DNA of 64,000 bases from Alphaproteobacteria bacterium (GTDB lineage: Bacteria > Pseudomonadota > Alphaproteobacteria > Bin95), in NCBI GenBank assembly GCA_963665325.3, contig OZ224045.1, forward strand, positions 2,272,001-2,336,000, in the 5' to 3' direction. Shown here in pieces: positions 48,440 through 60,241 of this stretch. The stretch's first letter is position 1; each line of letters starts with the position of its first letter. The translations under genes were made by a program, and so were the position numbers. Under the pieces are notes generated by a model. It made no database searches and was not told the DNA's origin. It worked only from the letters and a program-made list of their open reading frames with translations.

Positions 48440-51400
48440 ATGAGGGGTCCGGGACGCTTTGTGTTTTTCGATTCCACACCAGAACGGAAACCGGGAGCCG
48501 GGCGCTCCATAACCCGACTGTGGGTCCGGGCGTTTGCGGCCCCGGTCCTGGCGGCCGGGCTGTCGATGGCATCGGCCGCGTTCTTCGCCACCAGCGCCCA
48601 GGCGCAAACGAGCGATGTCACGCTGGTCTCGAACATCGGCCTATCTACCGCAGGGAACCACGGCCGGACGGAGCCGCTCGCGCAGCGTTTCAACACGGGG
48701 GCGGCGCCCCTTGGGTACATGCTCACGTCGGTTGTGGTCGAGTACATAAACAATGAGGCCGGCAGCGTTTCGGCGAAGGTGTGTACGGTCACCGGCGCCG
48801 ACCAGCCGACCTCCACATGCACGGACTTCACCGCGCCGTCGATACCTGATGGCGGGAACAGAACCTTCACGGCGCCGGGGGACGGCATGTTTCTGGCGCC
48901 GAGCATGAAATACACGGTGGTGCTGACGCCGGACGAGACCAACGCGCTCATCTATTACAGAACGACCGCTAATGACAATGAGGATTCCGGGAAGCTTCCC
49001 GGTTGGAACATCGCGGGCGAATACCGTGTCTACAACGGGACCTCGTGGGTAAGTGACGACGACTCGCACGCACTCAAGATTCGTCTCAGGGGCAGCATTG
49101 TCAGAACCGTCGGCCCCAACGCCAACGCCACGGGGGCGCCGGACATCACGGGCCCGGCGCAGGTCGGCCAGAGGCTGAGAGCCCAAATGGGCGACATCGC
49201 CGACCCGGACGGGCTGCCGTCAGGCACGTTCCCGGACGGCTACTCCTTCCAGTGGATCCGGGTGGACAGCTCGGACAACGAGACGGACATCGCGGGGGCG
49301 ACGTCGGACACCTACACGCCGGTCACGCCCGGCGACCTCGGCCATACGCTCAAGGTGCAGGTGTTCTTCTTTGACGGCGACTCCATGGGCGAGGCGCTGA
49401 CCAGCGCCGCGACCAATCCGGTGGTGCCGGGCGCCGCGCCATGCTCGGCGGAGTCGGTGTGGTGCACGGTGCTGACCTCGGGCACCCTTGCCGCGCTTGG
49501 CGGCGACCCCCCAACAGTCGGCTTCCGCGGAGGCGGCGCGTTCGGCGGCCTCGTCGACGATACCTTCACCTTCGGCGGGACGACCTACTCGGTCACCGAA
49601 CTCACCAGTAACGGCGCTTCTGCCATCAATCTGAATACCGCCCCGCTACTGCCCGCCGACGGCGGCGGGCTGACGCTGCACGTCCAGAAGCTCATGGGCA
49701 CGCTCGATCTGGCGCTGGCCGATGCTTTCGGTTCGCCCCACACAGGAGCCAGTTGGAACTGGAACGGGGTGGTCGGCACCGGCCCCGGCAACCCGGTGCT
49801 GCTGCGCATGTTCCGCCGGATCAACGAGCGCTACCAGGAGGGAACCGACCCCGGCACGCGCGTCACGGTGTGGCTGAGCCCGCCGCCGGGTGTGAGCTTC
49901 GAGGAGCCGACCTACCTGGCGTACGAGGCCGGCGAGGGCGCGCCGGTGACGGTGACGCTGACCCCGGCGCCGACCTCGCCGGTGACGATCCCGATCACGG
50001 CGACCGGCCAGGGCGGGGCGACGTCCGCGGACTGGGACGGCATTCCGTCGATTCTGACCTTCGCCGCGGGCGAGTCGAGCAAGACGTTCATGGTGAAGGC
50101 GGTGGAGGATGCCGCCGCCGAAGAGGGCGAGCGCGTGGAACTCGGGTTCGGGACGCTGCCCACCGGCACCCCGGAGGGCTACCGGACGACAACGGAGGTG
50201 CATTTCTTCGACAGGGCGAGCCCGGGCGATGTTCGCCTGGTGGGAGGGAACGGCCTGCCGACGGCCGACGGCAGGGGCCGCCTGCAGGTGTTCTACCAGA
50301 GGCAGTGGGGCACGGTGTGCGACGACCGCATGGAGGGCAGCTTCAATATCTACGGCAACAGGGGCAACGTGCTTCGGACCGTGCCCAACCACGCGCCGGC
50401 GCTCGCTTGCCAGCTCATGGGCTACGAGACCGGCGAGGACATCCCCCTCGGCCCCTTCCGGAAAAGAAGCAGCGTCCCCGAGCCCATCTGGCTCGACGAC
50501 CTGCGCTGCGAGGAGCGCAACGTGATGATGTACGGCGAGGAGAGCGGCAGGCACTGGACGGGGGAGCTGCCGACACAGCTCGACCACTGCTTCCATGCCG
50601 GGATCGGGCGCGACAACTGCACACACGACGAGGACGTGGCGCTGCAGTGCACCGGCGTGAACCCGAATATCGGGAACCAGGTCGTGGCCGAGCCGCTGCG
50701 GGTGGCGTTTGTGGACGTTCCGAAGACGGGCCATGACGGCGAGACGGCGTTCACGTTCGGGCTCGACTTCAGCGAGGCGGTGGCGATCACGGCCGAGGAC
50801 ATGCGCGACCACGCGCTCGATGTGAGCGGGGCGACGGTGACCTCTGCGGCGCTGGCGGACGGACGCGACGACCTGTGGGAGTTCACGCTCGAGCCCTCGG
50901 GCACCGATAACGTGGTCATCACGGTGGCGGGGAAGGACAGTTGCTCGGACACCGGGGCGCTGTGCACCGCGCTCGGAGCGGGGCTGGAGAACCGGCTTTC
51001 GACGGTGATTCCCTACGTGCCGGCGCCGGCGGAGGCGGGTCTGACGGCGGAGTTCCTGGACGTGCCCGACGAGCATGACGGCTCGAGCGCGTTCACGGTG
51101 CGCCTGGTGTACAGCGAACCGGTGTTCGACGGGACCGAACCGTTCCACAAGAACCGGTCGGTACGCGACGCGCTGTCGGTGAGTGGCGGCAGCGCCACGA
51201 AAGCAGTCCGGGTCGACGCCGACAGCTACGACCAGTGGACGATCACGATCCGTCCGACCGACCACAACCCGGTCACGGTGACACTGCCGGCGGGCGGCGA
51301 CTGCGCGACGGGGCCCTGCACCGACGACGGGCAAACGCTCTCGCAGGAGGTCAGCGCCACCATCGAGGGCCCGCCGGGGCTGTCGGTTGCCGATGCGGAA

Positions 51401-53263
51401 GTCGAGGAAGGCCCGGACGCGAAGCTCGCCTTCGTCATCACACTCGATCGTGCGGTCTCGTGGACGGTGACGGTGCAGGCCTCGACCTCCGACGGCACCG
51501 CGGTGGCGGGCGAGGACTATCGCGCGAAGACCCTGACCAAGACCTTGGCCCCGGGGGAGACGCGGAAGGTTGCGGTGATACGGGTGCTCGACGACAGCCA
51601 CGACGAGGGCACCGAGACGATGACGCTCACGCTCTCGAACCCGGTGGGGGCGTATATCGCGGACGGCGAGGCGGTTGGCACGATCACCAACTCCGACCTG
51701 ATGCCGCAGGCATGGCTGGCGCGCTTCGGGCGCACGGTTGCGGACCAGGTGATCGACGCGGTGGAGGGCCGGATGACGGCGGCGCGGTCACCGGGGACGG
51801 CGGTGACGGTTGCGGGCCGGCGGATCGGGTCCGGGGCAGACGCGGCGGCGCTGGAAGAGGACGAGGCGCGGGCGGGTCTCCAGGCGCTGTCGGACTGGTT
51901 CCGGGGGGTCGAGGAGGAAGAGAACCAGCCGGAGAGCCGAGCGCTGACGAACCGGGACCTGCTGGCGGGCTCGTCGTTCTCGCTCTCTGGCGGCTCGGCG
52001 GAGACCGGCTTTGGAGCCGTGTGGGGCCGGGGTGCGGTCTCGCGCTTTGACGGTCGCGAGGGCGACCTGACGCTGGACGGCGAGGTCGAGAGCGCGCTGC
52101 TGGGGACGGACTATGCGCGGGGCCGGGGGATGCTGGGGCTTGTGCTGTCGCACAGCCGCGGCGAGGGCGGCTACCGGGCGCCGTCGGGCGGCGGGGCGGT
52201 GGAATCGACGCTGACCGGGGTCTATCCCTGGGGCCGCTACGAGGTGAGCGAGCGGCTGTCGGCCTGGGGCCTGGTGGGCTACGGCGCGGGCACGCTGACG
52301 CTGAGGCCGGCAGGCCAGACGGCGATCGAGACCGACATGGACCTTTCGATGGCGGCGGTGGGCGCTCGCGGCGTGCTGGCCCGGGCGCCGGCCAGTGGCG
52401 GCCTCGAGATAGCGGCGACGTCGGATGCGATGGCGGTGCGCACGACCTCGGAGGAGGTGCGGGGGAGCCGCGGCAGCCTTGCGGCCTCGGAGGCCGACGT
52501 GACGCGGTTGCGTGTGGGCCTGGAGGGCGCGTGGCGCGGTCCCGGGACGGAAGGCGGCGGCTCGTTCGTGCCGAGCGTCGAGATCGGGATGCGCCATGAC
52601 GGGGGCGATGCGGAGACGGGGTTCGGCGCGGACATAGGCGCGGGCCTTGCGTGGACGGACCCGGGTCTGGGGATCGAGGCGCAGCTGAGCGCGCGGGGTC
52701 TGCTGACGCATGAGGACGGGGACTTCGACGACCGCGGGTTTGCGGGTTCGCTGGCCTGGGACCCGGAGCCTTCGTCCGAGCGGGGTCCGTCGCTGACGCT
52801 GAGCCAGACGGTGGGCGGGTCCGCGACAGGCGGTGCGGACGCGCTGCTGCGCCCCGATACCGCGCGCCTGTTCGAGGCGGCCAACGAGGACGACGATGAG
52901 CTTGACCGGCGGCGTTTCGAGGCGCGGCTCGGCTATGGCTGGGCGTCCTTCGGCGGTCGCTACACGACGGTGCCGGCGATCGGGGTCGGGCTGACGGAGG
53001 CGGTGCGGGAATATATCCACTCCTGGCGCCTGGTGGAGGCGGGGAGCGCGGGTCTGAAGCTCGGGCTCGACGTGGAGGCGGTCCGGCTGGAGCGCGTGAC
53101 GGGCGATGCGGCGCCGGAGCACCGGCTGGTGCTGGGGCTCGGCTGGCGGCTCGAGGGCGCGCGGGCGGTTGCGTTCGAGACCCGTCTCGAGGCCTCGCGT
53201 CACGATCCCGCCAACGACAATGCCGAGCACCGCATCGGCCTCACGCTGACCGCGCGGTGGTAG
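48440..53263 (+). CDS. Autotransporter-like surface protein 4 (SRCR + Calx-beta, type-B barrel), 1607 aa
   Basis: Signal peptide ..AQAQ, SRCR at ~50231-50650, Calx-beta, MPQAWLARFGRTVADQV linker and a barrel ending TLTARW. Confidence 0.88.
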   Translation: MRGPGRFVFFDSTPERKPGAGRSITRLWVRAFAAPVLAAGLSMASAAFFATSAQAQTSDVTLVSNIGLSTAGNHGRTEPLAQRFNTGAAPLGYMLTSVVVEYINNEAGSVSAKVCTVTGADQPTSTCTDFTAPSIPDGGNRTFTAPGDGMFLAPSMKYTVVLTPDETNALIYYRTTANDNEDSGKLPGWNIAGEYRVYNGTSWVSDDDSHALKIRLRGSIVRTVGPNANATGAPDITGPAQVGQRLRAQMGDIADPDGLPSGTFPDGYSFQWIRVDSSDNETDIAGATSDTYTPVTPGDLGHTLKVQVFFFDGDSMGEALTSAATNPVVPGAAPCSAESVWCTVLTSGTLAALGGDPPTVGFRGGGAFGGLVDDTFTFGGTTYSVTELTSNGASAINLNTAPLLPADGGGLTLHVQKLMGTLDLALADAFGSPHTGASWNWNGVVGTGPGNPVLLRMFRRINERYQEGTDPGTRVTVWLSPPPGVSFEEPTYLAYEAGEGAPVTVTLTPAPTSPVTIPITATGQGGATSADWDGIPSILTFAAGESSKTFMVKAVEDAAAEEGERVELGFGTLPTGTPEGYRTTTEVHFFDRASPGDVRLVGGNGLPTADGRGRLQVFYQRQWGTVCDDRMEGSFNIYGNRGNVLRTVPNHAPALACQLMGYETGEDIPLGPFRKRSSVPEPIWLDDLRCEERNVMMYGEESGRHWTGELPTQLDHCFHAGIGRDNCTHDEDVALQCTGVNPNIGNQVVAEPLRVAFVDVPKTGHDGETAFTFGLDFSEAVAITAEDMRDHALDVSGATVTSAALADGRDDLWEFTLEPSGTDNVVITVAGKDSCSDTGALCTALGAGLENRLSTVIPYVPAPAEAGLTAEFLDVPDEHDGSSAFTVRLVYSEPVFDGTEPFHKNRSVRDALSVSGGSATKAVRVDADSYDQWTITIRPTDHNPVTVTLPAGGDCATGPCTDDGQTLSQEVSATIEGPPGLSVADAEVEEGPDAKLAFVITLDRAVSWTVTVQASTSDGTAVAGEDYRAKTLTKTLAPGETRKVAVIRVLDDSHDEGTETMTLTLSNPVGAYIADGEAVGTITNSDLMPQAWLARFGRTVADQVIDAVEGRMTAARSPGTAVTVAGRRIGSGADAAALEEDEARAGLQALSDWFRGVEEEENQPESRALTNRDLLAGSSFSLSGGSAETGFGAVWGRGAVSRFDGREGDLTLDGEVESALLGTDYARGRGMLGLVLSHSRGEGGYRAPSGGGAVESTLTGVYPWGRYEVSERLSAWGLVGYGAGTLTLRPAGQTAIETDMDLSMAAVGARGVLARAPASGGLEIAATSDAMAVRTTSEEVRGSRGSLAASEADVTRLRVGLEGAWRGPGTEGGGSFVPSVEIGMRHDGGDAETGFGADIGAGLAWTDPGLGIEAQLSARGLLTHEDGDFDDRGFAGSLAWDPEPSSERGPSLTLSQTVGGSATGGADALLRPDTARLFEAANEDDDELDRRRFEARLGYGWASFGGRYTTVPAIGVGLTEAVREYIHSWRLVEAGSAGLKLGLDVEAVRLERVTGDAAPEHRLVLGLGWRLEGARAVAFETRLEASRHDPANDNAEHRIGLTLTARW

Positions 53264-53599
53264 AGGGGGTGCGGGGATTGTCCGCAACGTCCCGCACTGC
53301 CGTGCCTGGCCTGCCGGAATCGACCCCGATAAGACTGAATTCCGGCCCGGCGACCGTGAACCGGCCCGGAACGGGCGCGGCCAGAGGGAGCACAAACCGC
53401 CGAAAACCCGGCGTTTTCTTCCCATAAAGCCCCTTATCCAACACGAAGAACCCCCGCCAGAGCGAGGGAGGGGGTGAAGGTGACTGCTTTACCGAGCTGC
53501 TTCAGCTCGTGGCTTCATTGGAGACCTCCATTCGGGGACGTGTGCAGCGCCGGACGTGTGCAGCGCCAGACCCTTGCACTGCCGTGCGGGTCCCTTCAA

Positions 53600-53835
53600 T
53601 GACCGCGCGATGGTGACCGGCCAGCGGCCATAGCGGCTGTCGCGGGCGGCGCGGATCGTCGGCCGGGTCGCCGGAACGAAGCGCCCGTCGGCCCGTGCAA
53701 ACTCGCTCCGGGCGTTCAAAAGTCCCTCTACCTGCCCGAATTCGACAAATTTTCTTCCATTTCCTCCCGTTTGGGAGGCGCGCCGATATTCGGAAACGGC
53801 ATAGTTTGCGCCTCTGTCGAGTGAACGGCATCGGT
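53600..53835 (+). repeat. Conserved intergenic leader, copy 5, starting with a TGACCGCGCGATGGTGA barrel-end scar
   Basis: Same blocks as the other copies; most similar to copy 1 around CCCGAATTCGACAAATTTT. Confidence 0.85.
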
Positions 53836-53890
53836 GTTTTCGCCTGCGAGAGTTCTGTCTGTCGCGAACGAAAAGACAAGGGGTGTAGCG

Positions 53891-56800
53891 ATGCGTTCCG
53901 GGGGGTGGGGACAAAAGACCGTCTGCGGCAAGCCGGTGGGGCGTCCGGCGCGCTGGCGGAGGGAGGGGATCGCCCGGCGTCGCCGCAAGCGCGCGGCAAG
54001 CATCCTCATGGCGGGCCTGCTGGCGGCGTTCGCGGTCCTGTTCGCCCCGCCCGCCCAGGCGCAGACCACGACCACGCTGGTCAGCAACACCGGCCAGTCG
54101 ACGAGCGCGAGCGAATTCATCGGCATCGGCGACCACGACAAGATCAGCACCCAGGGGTTTCGCACCGGGCCGAGCGCGGGCGGGTTCAGGCTCGATTCGG
54201 TGGGGGTCTTCGTCCACAACGAGGACCTCGAGTCGGGCGAGGAGATGATCGCCCACATCTACACCGCGAACGCGAGCGGCGGCGCGGACACGCTGGTGCA
54301 CACCCTGACCTCGCCGGCCAGCTACACCGACGCGGCGGTGAACACCTTCACCGCGCCGATGGGCGCGATGCTCGACGCGAACACCGACTACCTGGTGGTG
54401 TTCGAGGGGAAGGGCAGCGCAGGCAACGATTTCCAGCTGCGCCTGACCGACGCCGATGCGCAGGACTCCGGCGCCGCGATGCGCTGGAGCATCGAGAACG
54501 CGCGGCGGCGCAACGACAACCTGGTGAGCGCCGCCGACGCGTTCATGATCGCCGTGAACGGCGAGGCGCTCTGCGCCAGTACCGACGACGTCTGGTGCGC
54601 GACGTTGCGGCCGGTCACCATCGCGAGCGTGCTCGGCTGCGGCAACGACGTGTCGGGCTCGCACTGTACCAACAGCAACAGGCTGAGCGAGGACGAATTC
54701 GATTACGACGGCACCGACTTCGCGGTCCACACGATCTGGGACCGTCCCACCGGGCGATTGGAGTTCGAGATCAATCCCGGCCCGAGCGCCGCGGCTACCG
54801 CGGTCCTGGTGCTGGACATCGACGGGGAGTCCTTTGCCCTGAAGGACGCCTCGAAGTCCGGCGGCAACTTCCAGTGGGCCAACGCCGATCTGAGCTGGTC
54901 CACGGGCACCGACGTCGCCCTGTCGCTGCGCGAAGGGACAGGGACTCCTGCGTCCACCGACCCGACGCTGACCGCTCTGGCGCTCGAGGACACGGGCGGC
55001 AACACGGTCGCGCTCAGCCCGGCGTTCGCCACCAACACGGACACCTACCGGGCGAACGTGGCCGGCACGGTGAGCCGGATCACCATCGAGGCGACGCCGG
55101 CCAATTCCGCCGCGACGGTGGCGTATCTCGACGCCGATGACGCCGAGCTCACCGACGCGGCGTCGGCCACCGGGTTTCAGGTCGACCTCTCGCAGGGCGA
55201 GAACGTCATCAAGGCGGAGGTGACGGCCGGGGACACGGTGACCACCGAGGTCTACACGGTGACGGTGGTACGCGGGAACATCGCGGCCACCGGTGCGCCG
55301 GACATCACGGGGCGGGCTCGGGTGGGCGACACACTGGGGGCGAGCCCGGGCGACATCGCTGACAGCAACGGGTTGACGAAGGCCGAGGCGGACACCGCCG
55401 GCTACGCTTACACCTACCAGTGGATTCGGGTGGCCACCGACAGCACCGAAACCGACATCGCGGGCGAGACGGGGGCGGAATACACCGTGGTGGCGGCGGA
55501 CCTGGGCCTGACGCTCAAGGTGCGGGCGAGCTTCAAGGACGATGCGGACAACGCGGAGATGCGCACGAGCGCCGCGACCGCGACGGTGCAGCCGGCGACG
55601 GGCTGCCTGGCAGATACGGTGCGGCTGCGGGGCGGGAACGTCGAGAGCGAAGGCGAGGTGGAGTACTGCCGCGACAACGAGTGGCGCAACGTCTGCGACG
55701 ACATGTGGGACAAGAAGGACGCCAACGTAGCGTGCCGCATGGCGGGCTACCCGGATGGGGCGAAATCGGCCACGACCCGGTCGACCTTCATCTCGGCTCA
55801 CAATGTGAAGTTCTGGCTCGACGACGTCGACTGCGACGGCAGCGAGACTTCGCTCGCCGACTGCGGCCACGTCGGCTGGGGCGTGAGCGACTGCCGGTTC
55901 AGCGAGCGCGCGGGGGTGCGCTGCAAGGTGCCGGCGTCGACCGACGCGACGCTGAGCGGGCTCACGCTTACCGACACCGATAGCAACACCGTCGCGCTCA
56001 ACGAGACCTTCGCCTCCGCCACCACGACCTACACGGCGAGCGTGACCAACGCGGTGAGCCGGGTGACGGTGGCGGCGACGACGAGCGATGCGAACGCGAC
56101 GGTGGCCTGGCTCGCCGGCAACGACGCGGCGCTGACCGACGCGGACACGGAAGCCACCGGTTTCCAGGTCGACCTTGGCCCGGGCGCGAACGTCATCAAG
56201 GCCAAGGTGACGGCCCAGGACACCATGGCCACGCAGACCTACCAGGTGACGGTGACGCGCGCGACGGCCGCCGGGTGCACGGACACCGACGCCATCTGGT
56301 GCGCTACGCTCACGGTGGGGGAGCAAGTGACTTCTGGCGTGACGGCCGGATACGGATTCGTTGATTTGGCCACCGACGTCGGCGCGCTCTCCGACACGGA
56401 CTTCACCTACGGCGGGACGCCGTACGCCATCAAAGCGTTAGGTATCGGTCCGGATACCAATCCGGAACTGTTTTTCCGGTTAGACCCGCACGGGCGGAGG
56501 GTCTTCGCCGACGCCAGGTTCACGCTGCATATCGGGACCGGTACGTTCTCCTTCGGAGACGCCACATTCGACAACGGTTCGATGCGGCGGAACTTCCAAT
56601 GGGACAGCACCGGCCTGAGCTGGTCCGTCGGCGACACGATCACGGTCAAGCTGACCGAGTCGGCGGCCGCCGACACGAGGCTGAGCGAGCTCACGGTTGC
56701 GGACACCGACGGCAACGCCATCGAGCTCACGCCCGCCTTCGCGCCGGACACGCTCGCCTACGCGGCCGAGTTGGCGAACACGGTGGCCACAGTGACGGTG

Positions 56801-59800
56801 ACGGCGGCGCCGACCGGCACGAACGCGACGCTCGAGTGGCTCGACGGCGACGACGCGGCGCTCACCGACGCGGACACCGCCGAGGGTTTCCAGGTCGACC
56901 TCGTGGTGGGCGACAACGTCGTCAAGGCGAAGGTGACGGCCGAGGACACCGTCAACATCAAGACCTACGAGTTGACGCTCACGCGCCTCGCGTCGGGCCC
57001 GGCGACGGGGGCGCCCGAGATAACCGGACCCGCGCAGGTGGGCCGCTCGCTCAAGGCGCTTGAGGGGACCATCGCAGACGGCGACGGCATCGAGGACGCG
57101 ACCTTCGCCTGGCAGTGGATCCGGGTGGACGCCTCGGACAATCCGACGGACATCACGGGGGCGACGTCTGACACCTACACGCCGGTGCAGGCCGACGAGG
57201 GTCAGACGCTCAAGGTGCGGGCGAGCTTCAGCGACGACGTCGGCAACCCCGAGACGCTCACCAGCGCCGCGACCTCACCGGTAGTGCCCGACGCGGCGCC
57301 CTGCCCGGCGGGGGCGGTGTGGTGCACGGTGCTGACGTCGGGCGGAGGCGATGACGAGAGTGCATCGTCCGGCTTCAGCACGGGCCGCGGCGGTCTCGGG
57401 GCCATCGGCAGCCTCGTCGACGACACCTTCACCTTTGATGGGACCGCCTATACGGTGACCGACGTCGTCGCAGTCGGCGGCCATGCCATCTATCTTGGAA
57501 CCGAGCCGGACCTTCCCGATGACGGCGGAGGACTGACCCTGCACGTTCAGCGGCTCACCGGCACCCTCGACCTGGTGCTGGCTGACGGGAGCCTGAGTTT
57601 TCAGGGCGGCTTGGTGGGCGGCAATGCCTGGGAATTCTCTGGCGCCACCGAGATCGGTGAGGGCAATCCGTCGCTCCTGCGTACAGTTTCCCGGGTTAAC
57701 GGCCGCTACTTCTTGAAAACCGACCCCGGCACCCGCATCATGGTGCGCCTGAGCTTACCCGTGGGGGCGAGTTTCGGGAGCGCGGAGTACACCGCGACAG
57801 AGGGCGGCGCGGACGCGACGGTGACGGTGACGCTGACCCCGCCGCCGACCTCCTCGGTGACGATACCCATCACGGCAACCGGCCAGGGCGGGGCGACTTC
57901 GGCGGACTGGACCGGCATCCCGCCGACCCTGCACTTCCTCGCGGGCCAGTCGAGCAATACGTTCACGGTGAGCGCGGTGAACGACACCGACGAGGACGAG
58001 GGCGAGAGCGTGCTGCTCGCCTTCGGCGCGCTGCCCTCAGGGGTGCCGGAAGGCCTCCGGCCGACGGCGGTGGTGCAGCTCGTGGACGACGACAGCGCCG
58101 TGCCGGGCGAGTTTCAGCTTATCGGCATGGACGGTATGCCGGCCACCGACGGCAGGGGTCTCGTGCAGGGGTTCTACCGGACGCAGGTGGGCACGGATGA
58201 GGAGCAAAGCGGGTGGGGCACGGTGTGCGACGACCGCATCGACCGCGGCTTCACGGACTATGACAGCGGGGACTGGGTGGACAAAAACTACGCGCCGACG
58301 CTCCTCTGCAAGCTGATGGACAAGGGCTACAACAAGGGCGAGCTGATCGACAGTGGTCCGTACCGCCTGGCGGACGACAACGACCCGCGGCCGATCTGGG
58401 TGGACGACCTGCGTTGCAAGGAGGGCGCGACGAAGCTCGACGACTGCTACCACGCCGGAATCGGGCTGAACAACTGCACGCACCGCGAGGACGTGGCGCT
58501 GTTCTGCTCAACCGTTGTGCTACAGACGGTGATCGAGCCGCTGCGGGTGGCGTTTGTGGACGTTCCGAAGACGGGCCATGACGGCGAGACGGCGTTCACG
58601 TTCGGGCTCGACTTCAGCGAGGCGGTGGCGATCACGGCCGAGGACATGCGCGACCACGCGCTGGAGGTGAGCGGGGCGACAGTGACCTCGGCGGCGCTGG
58701 CGGACGGGCGCGACGACCTGTGGGAGTTCACGCTCGAGCCCTCGGGCACCGATAACGTGGTCATCACGGTGTCGGGGAAGGACAGTTGCTCGGACACCGG
58801 GGCGCTGTGCACGTCGCTCGGGGCGGGGCTGGAGAACCGGCTTTCGACGGTGCTTCCCTACGTGCCGCCGGCGGAGGCGGGTCTGACGGCGGAGTTCCTG
58901 GACGTTCCGGAGAAGCACAGCGGCGACAGTGACTCGACGATCAGGCTGGAGCTGTTGTTCAGCGAGGACGTGAAGGTCTCGAACAACCGGATGCGCAGGC
59001 AGATCCTGAAGCTCCAGAACGCCACGCTTGAAGAGGCGCGCCGGATCGACCGCCGCAAGGACTACTGGGAGTTCAGGCTGCGGCCGACCTCGCACCGCGC
59101 GATCGTGCTGTCGCTCGCGTCTGCGGAGGAATGCGGGGCTCGGGACGTGATCTGCACGTTCGACGGGAACCCGCTCTCGGAGCCGGCCACGGCGACGATC
59201 GTCGGCCCGCCGGGCCTGTCGGTGGCGGACGCGGAGGTCGAGGAAGGCCCGGACGCGAAGCTCGCCTTCCCGATCACGCTCGACCGCGCGGTCTCGTGGA
59301 CGGTGACGGTGCAGGCCTCGACCTCGGACGGCACGGCGGTTGCGGGGGAGGACTATCGCGCGAAGACCCTGACCAAGACCTTCGCTCCGGGCGAGACGAG
59401 GAAGGTTGCGGTGATACGGGTGCTGGATGACAGCCACAACGAGGGAACCGAGACGATGACGCTCACGCTCTCGAACCCGGTGGGGGCGTATATTGCGGAC
59501 GGCGAGGCGGTGGGCACGATCACCAACTCCGACCACATGCCGCAGGCGTGGCTTGCGCGGTTCGGGCGCACGGTTGCGGACCAGGTGATCGATGCAGTGG
59601 AGGGCCGGATGACGGCGGCGCGGTCACCGGGGACGGCGGTGGCGGTTGCGGGCCAGCGGATCGGGTCCGGGGCAGACGCGGCGGCGCTGGAAGAGGACGA
59701 GGCGCGGGCGGGTCTCCAGGCGCTGTCGGACTGGTTCCGGGGGGTCGAGGAGGAAGAGAACGGGCCGGAGAGCCGTGCGCTGACGAACCGGGACCTGCTG

Positions 59801-60241
59801 GCGGGCACGTCGTTCTCGCTGACCGGCGGGACCGGGGAGACCGGCTTCGGTTCCGTGTGGGGCCGGGGCGCGGTCTCGCGCTTCGACGGGCGCGAGGGCG
59901 ATCTGACGCTGGACGGCGAGGTGGAGAGCGCGCTGCTGGGGACGGACTATGCGCGGGGCCGGGGGATGCTGGGGCTGGTGCTGTCGCACAGCCGCGGCGA
60001 GGGCGGCTACCGGGCGCCGTCTGGCGGCGGGGCTGTGGAATCGACGCTGACCGGGGTCTATCCCTGGGGCCGCTACGAGGTGAGCGAACGGCTGTCGGCC
60101 TGGGGGGTGGTGGGCTACGGCGCGGGCACGCTGACGCTGAGGCCGGCAGGCCAGACGGCGATCGAGACGGACATGGACCTTTCGATGGCGGCGGTGGGCG
60201 CTCGCGGCGTGCTGGCCGAGGCGCCGGCCGGTGGCGGCCTT
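53891..60241 (+). pseudogene. Autotransporter-like surface protein 5 (cadherin-like beta-sandwich repeats, two SRCR, Calx-beta, type-B barrel), interrupted by transposon
   Basis: Signal peptide ..PAQAQ and three DATLSGL/GFQVDL..G.NVIKA.VTA.D cadherin-like repeats. SRCR at ~55619-55924 and ~58112-58507. The frame ends at the transposon's TGA. Confidence 0.85.

Noticed and set aside
30279-53263. Identical 1607-aa length of surface proteins 2 and 4
   Set aside because: Their N- and C-terminal parts differ with compensating indels, so this is most likely coincidence.
53536-53567. 16-bp tandem duplication GGACGTGTGCAGCGCC
   Set aside because: Only two copies with no associated feature; probably slippage.
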